Below, piece after piece: positions 26,785-37,540 of a stretch of 64,000 bases of DNA. The DNA is from Tubulanus polymorphus (Eukaryota > Animalia > Nemertea). Position 1 is the stretch's first letter; every line of letters starts with the position of its first letter. Below the pieces are notes generated by a model, which saw nothing but the letters and a program-made list of their open reading frames with translations, had not been told where the DNA came from and ran no database searches. Location: contig NC_134028.1 in the NCBI RefSeq assembly GCF_964204645.1, positions 22,936,345-23,000,344 on the forward strand, in the 5' to 3' direction. The translations under genes were made by a program, and so were the position numbers.

Positions 26785-27342
26785 GCTAATCTATAAGCCG
26801 CCATTTTGTGTGTTTTCACGCATCCTGCTTGGCCTCAATTCAATTTTTACCACGAGCGCCGAATGGAAATTGTCAAGTTTGACGAGATAAATAGCTACAG
26901 TGCTGATCAGGTAAAAACGGCTAGCTGATGAGGCGTGATTTTATTAGATAAATCACAGGCTACTGCCGGTTATTGTAACGGGCAGAATGGAGCTGATGTA
27001 ATTACAAAAACAGTGAATGTTAGACACTGTAACGGTCGGGTGGTAATTGGTATGTAATACACAGTAACTCGACCACCAGTTACCACCAACAGCGACCCCC
27101 GCAGAAATACCATCACCACACGTAATGCGATTTGAAATCGCCCATTTTTTATACCGTAAATGGCCGCGGTCGTTGATAAACAGTAAGTAATGATATGAGA
27201 GCAGTGGTCACTATTATTAGTTTCCCTCGCATTGTCAGACGTTTCGCGCATTCTTTTGTGGAATTGTCGTGAAAAGAGGACTGAATGAAGACGATGAGAG
27301 ATGATGCCCGACTAGAAATCTGTGAGATTGCTAACGTAAATT

Positions 27343-27386
27343 CCACCTGACGATAGCTGTTAGTGACCAGTTGAAACGTATAGTGG
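27343..27386 (+). ncRNA. Minimal type I hammerhead ribozyme-like motif
   Basis: CCAC-CTGACGA-T-AGCTG(TTAGTGAC)CAGTT-GAAA-CGTA-TA-GTGG: stem I CCAC/GTGG, intact core, 5-bp stem II, 1-bp stem III with a tetraloop. Confidence 0.6.
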
Positions 27387-28970
27387 CTAATAAAATCAGA
27401 TTTAGTAGATTTCGGACATTTCCGTTATATGTTATGGGATTTTATTAATGTATTGTTAACCATTGGTGAAACATTCTGAGTCCATTTTTGGTTGATATCA
27501 ATAAAGTGAATAATCCAACGTTTCGACTCAAAATTCTATGAGCGATTTTCAAAATATTGCTGATAGATTCGAGTTAAAACGTTGGATTCTCTCCTAGTTT
27601 TCTCATCTTATCGTGGATTTTTTCACTTTGCTCTGAGTCCACGTTGAAACCAGAAAACCTCACACATACAGAAAAGAAAAACGAGTTGGTAAATGTTTCG
27701 GCGATATATCATCATTTCACGCGGACAGAGTGCACGGTGCCAGTTCACCGAGACACGAAAAACGTCAGTGTTTCTCGATCAATCGCGCGCCAGTAAATTG
27801 ACTCGTCAATTCATTGTCTTTTTTAGATTATCGCGAGGAATCTTCAGGGAGCGAGGCTTATACAGTGATTCCTGAACGACACCCGCAGGCACACACATAT
27901 CCTGATTGATGTACGTATTCGGACCTTCTGCTTGCCACCGCACTAGCGGCGCGAGTTATAGAAGTGACCGGCTAAATATCTACCACGATTCCGGTTAATC
28001 ACATCCCTCGGGGAACCTGGCTAACTACGATACCGGAAAAAATAGTGCCCACTTTATGGTTCCGTTCACTTATTCTAGCCGTCGGGTATAAAATACATGG
28101 CCAGTCAACTGCGGTCACTCTGATAATTAAATCTATCAACGTTGAACTCGTCGCCCGAGATGACAACTGTCCAGCGCTGCAGATATATTCCATTAACGAT
28201 AAATCTGACCCGTTCACCCATCTGACAATCGTCGATACAATCTTGACAGTTATAGGATCGTCGAACGAACGGGTTTTTTAAGCGTCATCCATAATCCGTA
28301 TGTTTACCGCGACGAAACGATTGATATTCTAATTCAAAAGATTTGGTAAAATATTGAGACGTTGAAAACTCAATTAGGCGCGAGTGACCGCCGGCGAAAT
28401 CATGATTTTGCGAAGTAGAAAAGGTTTTTAATTTTTCATTCCGAAGGCGACGACTGCGATTCGCAGCCACGCGCACCGCAATCAAGTTCATTATTAGCAT
28501 TCTATTATCAGGCGTTTTATGAATTCATTTTATATCACTTGAACCGATGAAACGGGGGCCGCCAATAGCTTTTTGCGACTGTCATTAATCAACTTAATTA
28601 TCTTGTCAAGAACAGACTCGTCAAAACTGGTTCTGGAAGAAGTCACCGACGCAGTGAACGCATCGCGACTTGTGTGTACTTTATTTAGATCATTAGTTTT
28701 TTTAGCTGTTCCGGGTAAGTCCGCTGACAGTTTGGATTTTCCGTGGATGGAATTACCAATTATAATACTGTATACTATTGAATAACTAATTAATTAGGTA
28801 TTACTGTAAAACCAGTGACCGATGAGTTTTCCATCACCACAGTTTCCGCTGGTGTTTATCGTTACGATATTCGTAGCGTATCAATAATTAACAAGATGCG
28901 CGACCAAATAAACGAACACTTTACTTCGAATTATTCAAACAACGCGAGAAAAGAGTTCGTACTAAATCAG

Positions 28971-29447
28971 CTATGGTGGCACATTACGGTGGCTGATTCG
29001 GGCCATACTAAAAAATTTTTCTGTACGGTTAGAGCAACGATAAAACATTTTCGCACTGGCCCGTTTTTTGAACTGACCAAACTTTTTGAATTCTCGCGCG
29101 AGAAAACCAAAAGTTTTGAATTCTCAAGCGAGAAAACCCAAAAAACGGGCCAATGTGAAAATTGTTTTATCGTTGCTACAGCCATACAGAAAAATCTTTT
29201 TAGCATGGCCCTGATCAGCCACCATAGACACGATAGAAAACACATTTGCACATTTGTTCACATTTGCCCATATTTTTTTTTTTGGGGGGGGGTGGGGGGG
29301 GGGGGGTTCTCGCGCGAGAATTCAAAAGTTTGATTTTGAATTCTCGCGCGAGAAAACGGACAAATGTGAAAATTGTGAAAATTTGTTCATCGTTTCTCTA
29401 CCCGTAGAGAAAATCTTTTGGTATGGCCCGAATCAGCTGCACTAAAG
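28971..29447. mobile_element. Two nested foldback MITEs of the CTATGGTGGCTG family (inner copy 28984-29227)
   Basis: Inner copy has ~85-bp inverted arms flanked by ACA/ACA; outer copy starts CTATGGTGGC (28971) and ends TATGGCCCGAATCAGCTGCACTAAAG; TTCTCGCGCGAGAA palindromes in both. Confidence 0.75.
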
Positions 29448-29964
29448 CATGGACTGGAACCGAAATGTCCAATTATGTACTTCGATATATAAGCAAAAGA
29501 TTATGTATAAAATTCGACCACCGATCACGCAATATCTGGACTTGGATTGCCCATTAAAGAATGAAATCCCCTGTTCCCCTCCCGGCAGGTGTCACTGGCG
29601 GATTTGTACTTACTTAATCCCTTCGCTCTTGGTAGGGCATAGGCCATCAATGGTCCTTTGCCATTTTCTCCTGTCACCTGACTATTCTCTCTAAGCTGAT
29701 TCCACGAGTAGCCCGTGGCCTTCTGGTCACCAAAAAGGTCTCTCCTCCAGCTATTTCTTGTTCGGTGTCTTCAATTCCCTTGTGTATTCCATGGTGGGTT
29801 TGTAAGAGACACCAAAGCAAGCAAATCAAACCAAATCTATACCATTCAAATAACTAAGAGCAAATAACTAGGGGAGGGGGCAGGAAACAGATTAACATTT
29901 ACAGTATGCGAATACAGATAAAAGTAAGTAAGATGATACACAATATCCCCGTGTTGATAAAAAT

Positions 29965-30129
29965 TCGAGAGATTACCTCACAATAAATCAGCGAGAGACG
30001 TTAAATCAGTAATCGAGTATACGCTTGATGATGGCTAATAGGTTTTAGCCGAAAATATGCCCTAAATATATTCTCGTCTACCACTGATATCTAACGTCTT
30101 TCGCTGATTTACTGTGGGTATTTTCTCGA
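29965..30129. repeat. Long inverted repeat enclosing a degenerate hammerhead-like core
   Basis: TCGAGAGATTACCTCACAATAAATCAGCGAGAGACGTTA pairs with TAACGTCTTTCGCTGATTTACTGTGGGTATTTTCTCGA; centre TTGATGA-T-GGCTAA(TAGGTT)TTAGCC-GAAA. Confidence 0.6.
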
Positions 30130-33045
30130 TCACAAAAAACACTTTTGTTTTAGTAGAAGATTTTCATTTTAAGGATGTGTTTATTTCAGACCACACTTAC
30201 ACCATTAGGCAATAGAAACTTATACAAATTGCTTTTAGCATCGGAACTAAAAGTCCCGATTTTAATCTTATATGAATGTTTTCGCTTCAGGCGACAGCTA
30301 CAAAAATAGCTCGTCAAAGCAAAAAAAAACATACTTTTGATCAACTCGCTGAAATATCTATTCTAAGACGTTACATTCGTATACGTTAAAATAGTAACTT
30401 CCATCGGGAACGATTTATCTGTTAAAGAGTTACGCAAATTCTTGATTTCATCCATTGTATAATGACGAAATTGGGCAAGCTTATTTCGTATAGTGTTTAT
30501 CCAGGAGTTGAAGGAAGAGTTGACAGAGTGGTTTGACACGTCTTTACTCCTAATGGTCTCTTCGTCAGTTGCTGATAGTGTTTGTGACAGTGTCTCGTCA
30601 GTCTCACCGCTATCAGATCGCTTCGAAAATGGAAAGGGTGATTTTCGAGAAAAACCTTATTCGCGTATTGCGAAATTGCAAAAATCATTACGAAAATAAT
30701 ACACGATCCAGTACTCATAAGTATACGAGCTCACGTTTGTTTATGGGTTGTATATCGCGTTTGGAAAATGTCGAGATTTGAATAATGATCGTGATAGACT
30801 AACGAAGGTCTATTTATGAAAATGAACACTTATTTATAAAGCTTTGCGCTAATTAACTGCTCCATCTGTACTTTCTATGTAATAATAAAGCTTTGATTAA
30901 TGAGGATGCCGAAAGCTGATCCGGAGAAAATTAGAAAAAAAAAATCGGCATGACGCATTAGCGCGAGTATCCAGCGGTTACTTCCTCTGTTTCAATTATA
31001 CCGCAGTCTTATAGATATCTTATATAGCCTTATTATAAAGACTTTATTTTATAATCTAGTCGGTGATGGTGACAAGGGTTTATACGGTTAGTGATTTAGT
31101 GATCTAATGATCGATGATATGTTCAAACCAATAGAATTAGGCGCCACGTCGCATGACGTCGAATCCCACAGGCATCGATCTTGTTTACGTAGTTCAACAA
31201 AATGGTTAAATGTTGAAAATGTCTCCATTTTCTTTTCTAACTCATAACTTCTGATTCTAGTAAATATTTACATTTCAACCGATATCATTCCTACGTACGT
31301 ACAATACGCTATTACTATCATCTCAGTAAATAGATTTTCAGATATTTACATCTAAACAGTCATCATTTTGTTGAGCTGAAACCCGGGGAAATGCATGAAT
31401 AGAATTTAGAATATGAATGGAATTTAAAAAGAAACAACAAAAATGCAATATTTATTCAATATGATGCAATGTTGGAATGAACTAAGATAAACAATGCAGT
31501 CAATGTATTGATGACATGTTATGTTTATGCGATTAACTAGGATATCGTTCAGATAACTGAACTATGCAAGTATTCTTCCGTGATATCAAATTGTTATTTA
31601 ACGACTGATTGAACAATGCTTTTTATCTTCATCTTGTCATATATATTGAAGAACACTCCGAAATAACTGTAAAAGCTCTACTGGTGTTCACTTTGCCGAT
31701 TCAACCCAAAGGGGTTCTCCGCTCTCTGGTAACCGCATAATGACTGCTATCATTGTGCTGGGGGTTGTCTCTGAAAGCATGTCTTCTATAGTCTGAAAGC
31801 TGAATATCCGATGGAATGGGCGTGATACTTTAAATGCCAGCAAGCTTCAGCTCAAGTGTCGGAATTACCTTTGTTTTAGCTATCACCTAAGGCCGAATAG
31901 CTCGAATAGCCAAATGGTTGATTATATTTGAACCTTATATTCTAAGTCTCGAGCGTTCAAGCTCCGATGGGACTGATGTTCATGGAGTCGACGAACGCCC
32001 AAATCACAAACGGAACGAATTAATCCAATCATATCGAAAACCAGTCCGTCGTTCAAGTCGTAATTCAAGGGTTAACGGTTTTCAAGTCTCTCCGGGTTAA
32101 GTTTAAAGTCAAATGTCAATTATGATACAGTAAAACGTAAGGAGATGATAATGCGATTTAACGCCGTCTGAATTATGGATAGGTAACCTTTCAGCGTGAA
32201 AAATGCGCCGATATAAAACGTTACGCCGTCAGTGATGCTGATTGGTTTTTAACAAAAGGCAGATACTTTTAATCAGGAAACGTAATTCATTCGGCGAAAG
32301 ACAGCGCGAGCAGTAACTGATATTGTTCCTTATTGAAAGACGACTATTCTCCCTCCTCAAGTCTGCAGCTGTTATTAATGATGGGTAATTTATATTCCTC
32401 TCCGCCAGTCAAAGGAACGGACGTCCATGTAATAGAAACTAACCGCGACATTCTTATACCCGAATCTAGAATTCGACACCGCCGTTAAAGATTCATTAAA
32501 AATTCATTCGAAACTGTAGTTGAATATACTGAGCTGAAAAAAAACGTTAAAAATTTCATGAGGTTATTTCATATTATGGCTGCAATAATTATATTATGGC
32601 GACAACTTGAAATAGTATTCCGTCAAAGATATATACAGGGAGCTAATTCCTAGCCGGGAATTTCAGACGTTGGAATTTGAGATGTTTTGTTGTATTTTGA
32701 TATTTTTGATCTCAGATGCTAGCTGCTTCTGCTGCGACCACGTCATCTAGTAGCGTGCATTCCTGCACACCAAGGATAGCCTACAAATATAACATATCCA
32801 GAAGACACAGCGATGACGACCTTTCGCGATCAATAGATTATCAGAACTGCTTTTAGCAAGTGCAGATCTCATATAAAAGTTATTCGAGAATCAAGATAAT
32901 TTTCTAATCTGAATTCAGATCTACATAGACTATTGAAACGGTATCTACTACGATTATGGTCAGAGATTTCACTTCTCCCGTAGTTCAAAAGAAATCGATA
33001 AACGTTAAGACAAATAGAACTTTGAAGGTTAACCTTGATTTTGTT

Positions 33046-33150
33046 AAAAGTACGAACTTACGCTTATAGTGTAGCGACGCTTTATGAGGTAATGACGGGA
33101 CATAAACCTGATGAAGCTACTGTACACTGTAAGCGAAAGCTCGTACTTTT
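33046..33150. repeat. 45-bp inverted repeat whose arms are hammerhead-like (CTGATGA-A-GCT...AGC-GAAA-GC-TC)
   Basis: Arms 33046-33090 and 33106-33150 are imperfect reverse complements; further outer IR AAGACAAATAG/CTATTTGTCTT. Confidence 0.6.
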
Positions 33151-33195
33151 TGATAAAAGTACTATTTGTCTTTAGGTTAACTGATTAAACACCAG

Positions 33196-33324
33196 GGCCC
33201 AGTTTCACGAAAAATTTAAACTCAAATTTTTGGTGTAATTGCCATTGGTTACTTCATGTTTTCAATGAGGACAACAATTCAAACTTAACCGTTTTAGGCT
33301 TAAACTTTTTCGTGAAACTGGACC
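33196..33324. mobile_element. PIF/Harbinger-like MITE
   Basis: TIR GGCCCAGTTTCACGAAAAA / TTTTTCGTGAAACTGGACC with 3-bp CAG direct repeats (CWG-type TSD). Confidence 0.7.
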
Positions 33325-33930
33325 CAGCAGGTTAACACTGCTTCTCCACATCTCTCTTCAATAGAAATGGGCAATTATTTTTTCACAGGAGCTAGGGAGT
33401 CTCCCTTCCGGTATACGAGCCCACCACATAAAGAAATATAGGGACTGACCAAAGACTCTATCGATTCTTTCTTCGGTAATTCATAATACGCTTATGATAC
33501 ATTTACTATCGGAACAATAGACGATTTAGAAACGTTTATTTTGAGGCGATGATTTAGGATGGGATCAGATACGACGTTAGCCGCGTGTCGGTGAATCGTT
33601 ATAGTCGGATAGAGGAACATCGACGTAATCCTTGATTAAAAGTAATCGATGTCACAACATTTGTAAACAGGACACGAGCAAGTGACAGCGGGATTCTATT
33701 ATTAGATTGTCTGGATGTATTTCGGCTTATGCTACTTAAAGATTAGAAAGACGAGACGGCATTTTTCCTAATTAGAAAAAAATAAATGCTCCCTGCTGCA
33801 TATTCTGCTGAACAGACAAGAGGCCGACGAGAAACTTTTCTTCGAATGAAAACTGACCGAAAAAATAACGATTCAATTTCCGTTGAATGGCGGGTGACTG
33901 GCGGATGTTACGCAATGTAATCGATTGCAC

Positions 33931-33968
33931 CATGGACGTATAAACTAGATCTAGTTTATACGTCCATG
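33931..33968. mobile_element. 38-bp perfect palindromic insertion with 7-bp TSD (ATTGCAC)
   Basis: attgcac|CATGGACGTATAAACTAGATCTAGTTTATACGTCCATG|attgcac. Confidence 0.82.
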
Positions 33969-36238
33969 ATTGCACTGATCACGCGTGTATTGATACGCGA
34001 TCATCAGCGAAGGTATACGACTAGTCTCTGTCAGACCTTGGAGTTGTCAGACTGATTACTCCAAGGTCAGTCGTTAAGAAGGCGCGGCGTCTATGTCGGT
34101 TGCGACGGTGAGGAGGGTCTCGAACAGTCGCATCGTCGCAGAACATGTGCGACGCACTGCCGTTGCTGGTGCAATGTTGTAAGGACGCGTTGCTCGACGG
34201 GACTTTTTTTTTACCTCTGGCATTATTACAGTCTCCGTCAGTTGTAAAGCAGCCTCTAGGTCGTGGGTGGACCTATACGCTATTTGTTCCGGCACAATTT
34301 GTCATAAAAGCCAACAAATCAACCATTTAGTGGCAATCCAAAGACGCACATAATTGTTGCAAGAGGAATTGTAAACCGTTGAGCCTTAGCACCCACAACT
34401 ATCAACTACGCGAGCTGTGATCAAAGTTGCATCCAACTCATCGATGATAGCGATCACCACTCTCTTGCATTTTTTCACAGAAGGCAATTCAACGAAGTCC
34501 TTTCGTCGCTAACGTTTTTTGTACATCGCATTATCTTTGCCAGTTTACACGTACATAACACGATACAGTTCAGTGTCATCTTGTAGAAGTCGAGTTCTGT
34601 GAGAAGCGACAAATGACTATTTTGTTTCTTGCATGGGTAGCGGGCATGGCCTGAAATAAATGTCCATCAAATCTCCTTCAGCTTATGCTAACGATTCAAC
34701 TGATGAAGAAAACGTTTTAACCGAGGCTTGATAGGCTCTTCGATGGTCTATAATTACTTCTTAAGCAGTGCTGCTTTCCCACCTTAATAATAGCTGAAAC
34801 GACTGTGTTATTGGTTGTCAAGTCCCCACCAGAGAGGCCCACTTTTAGGACTCCTCCGGGACAAATTATCGTGTAATCGGAGTCTAAAGATGTGCAACCA
34901 TCGCTGTATGAAAATTCATATGAACCATCACCCCTGAGGGCCCCTTTCTTCCGCTCAAATGTTATCACAGGTTTTGCGTGCGGCTGCGTTTTTCCTTATG
35001 CCATAATCAAATTCGTATCCTTATTCTTATGTGCGTAGATACAGTTTGATGTTCTTGAAATAGAATCTCCTCCGTTTCTGGAATTATCTGAAAACTCTCA
35101 CTACAATTTTAGTTGAAAACAAAGGATGAAGTGACGAACGCTATTAATAGAGGAAATTATGGAAAGCCATAAGGGCAATATTGTTACCTTAATCGTCAGC
35201 GACGGGTAGAATTTCTCAACAAAACCTGATTAAGAAATACTTCAGTCGTTTGGGATCGAACGCATGATGTTAGAATTGGGCGATAATAAGACTTTTGATA
35301 TAAACTTTCAAGAACAATTGAGGAGACAATTTTCAAGCAGTACGGAATGGTACGATCGATTACGGGCACGAGGATAATTGCTCGTGGCGGTATACTCAAT
35401 TTAACAACCGCCGCATCGGGAACCTGAGAATGAAAACCAGATCCCGATGAAAAATATCGGTGAGTCATAACCTCCAGACAGCTATCAGTTTCAAGAAAGA
35501 TATAGAAACTAAAACGACCTAAATTTTAAAATAGGATACGAACAGATTAGGGGCAAACTGTTCACACTATTGATTCTGTGGAAGGTGTAAGAAGGAAAAC
35601 TAGATACTGGTAATGTGGTATGGTTGGACGACCTACAGTTGAGATTGCATCGGAAGAGCTACACAAAGTAGACCAACTTATCAAATATGAAGAAGAGTTG
35701 TTGAGCTATAACGTGCATTCGCGAACTACAGATTACCTAACTGTAAGCAAGCATTGTGATTCCATGATTAGAAATCATTCTCTTACAATCAAATAGACCT
35801 AATATGAAGGGCGCATACATCGTAACTCCCAAACTCCTCGGCATATTTTGTCCATATGACGGTCGCATATAAGATGGGGGTTCTGGCGCAAATTTTCAAA
35901 TAACTCAAGTCGTCGAGTAATTTGACGACTTGACTTCAAGTAACTTGAAGATTTTCAGGGTCGATGACTGTCATCAGATTCGTATCCCTGCTAAGAGAGG
36001 ATGCCAGTATTTTATCTTTTTATTTTGTCGCTGGCGGTTGCTGAAAATCGCGTCATAACGAACCGCTGACAGACGCAAAATGTCGCTTGCAGTTGCGACC
36101 AGTGCCTCGTCGCAACTATCCTGTTTCTGGTGGATAGGTACCGTTTCGATAACCATATTCTAGCTCTTCGTCGCTTATGCTTTGGTTTGATCCGACAAGT
36201 CTATCGTTCACCATGGCGGCAATTGCGATCTACGGCTT

Positions 36239-36330
36239 GAGTCACCGGCAACCGCAAGGCGTCGCTAGCAGTTGCAGCAAATCATTGGCAACCGTAAGGT
36301 ATCACTAGCAGTCGTAACGAGTCACCGGCA
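36239..36330. repeat. ~40-bp-period degenerate tandem repeat
   Basis: GAGTCACCGGCAACCGCAAGGCGTCGCTAGCAG / ATCATTGGCAACCGTAAGGTATCACTAGCAG / GAGTCACCGGCA. Confidence 0.6.
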
Positions 36331-37407
36331 GGCGCAAAAACGACCATAACGCCTGCTGTAAGGCGTTCTTGTTAGCCTCTTTGGTCGAAATTGGATTTTT
36401 TTCCGTCCACTGCCGCAGATGTGAGACATCTTATAAATTACAGTTAGAATATTTGCCGATTCATTGCGACACTGGACACATTATATATCACCGCGCCAAT
36501 TGCGCCAATCAAGAAAAAGTGGCCGAGATAATGATAATAAATCTGACGATGCTGAAAGGCGACCAGTAATTGAGACACGTCGTGTTAATGTATGGTTTGA
36601 GTTTACAACTATTTGCAGGAGTTGTTCTACTAAACACACGAAATCGAGCGAATGTGTTCAGTTTATTGAGTGGCGCATCCGTCAATTCCGTCTCGAGTAA
36701 ACCGGGCAGCAAACACCGAGATGATCTCTAATCGGGCGATACGTGAGCCGGCCTAAAACGTACGAATTGATCAGAATTGTAGTTCTTTCGCTTGAACAGA
36801 CGTTCCCTTGATTATTAATACAAACAAAATGCTCACAGTCGGTCGTGTTGATTTTATAAAATGACAGATCTGTTTTCTCGCCCGCGGATTGTTTAACAAT
36901 CCGCAAAATCAGATCTATTAAATAAATAAGTTTCAATCGACGTCGCCTCGGCTACCAGTGATCTATCCCCTTGTTGTTGACGTAAGCCCCTGTAGAATGC
37001 CACGCGGGGTTTGCTGCTTTTATAACGAATTTCCCAACGGCGCCGATTAACTGTGAATATTAAAACGATGCACGAGGTGCATAGTTTTCATACATGCAAA
37101 ATCGTTTCTCATTTGCTTTATCCGAAATAATGAGGAACTGCCAACGCTACCGCGGCAATCGAGGGTTACACTTATGGCAAGTGAGGATCCGCCAGGTTCG
37201 CTAGAAGTAACTCGGTCTTACGTGTCCAATTTATTTTACATTTCGGTTAAAATGGCATCATCTTTTCTTCGCATAAATAAATCAGTTATTTGACACAGAC
37301 ACTGAATATAGGGTTGAATTTGATGTACCTTAATTGGGTTCTGTAATTATGTATGGATTCTGGAGCCTAGAAATTCAGCTCAAACTTGATGAATGAACTG
37401 ATTTGAC

Positions 37408-37540
37408 ATTAGGATTAGGATTAGGATTAGGATTAGGATTTTATTTACACTCCAACCATTTCTACTGGTACATGGAGGGAGACTGAGTGCTCGTCGCGCC
37501 ATCTCGTGGCAAAGCGGGTGTTGCAGTTCCCATTCTCAAC
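37408..37540 (-). mobile_element. 3' end of a non-LTR retroelement with an (ATCCTA)n tail
   Basis: (ATTAGG)5 at 37408-37440 directly abutting TTTATT (AATAAA on -), followed by a GC-richer segment. Confidence 0.45.

Noticed and set aside
28815-29333. Longest ORF in the track (172 aa)
   Set aside because: Runs through the foldback MITE; no protein features
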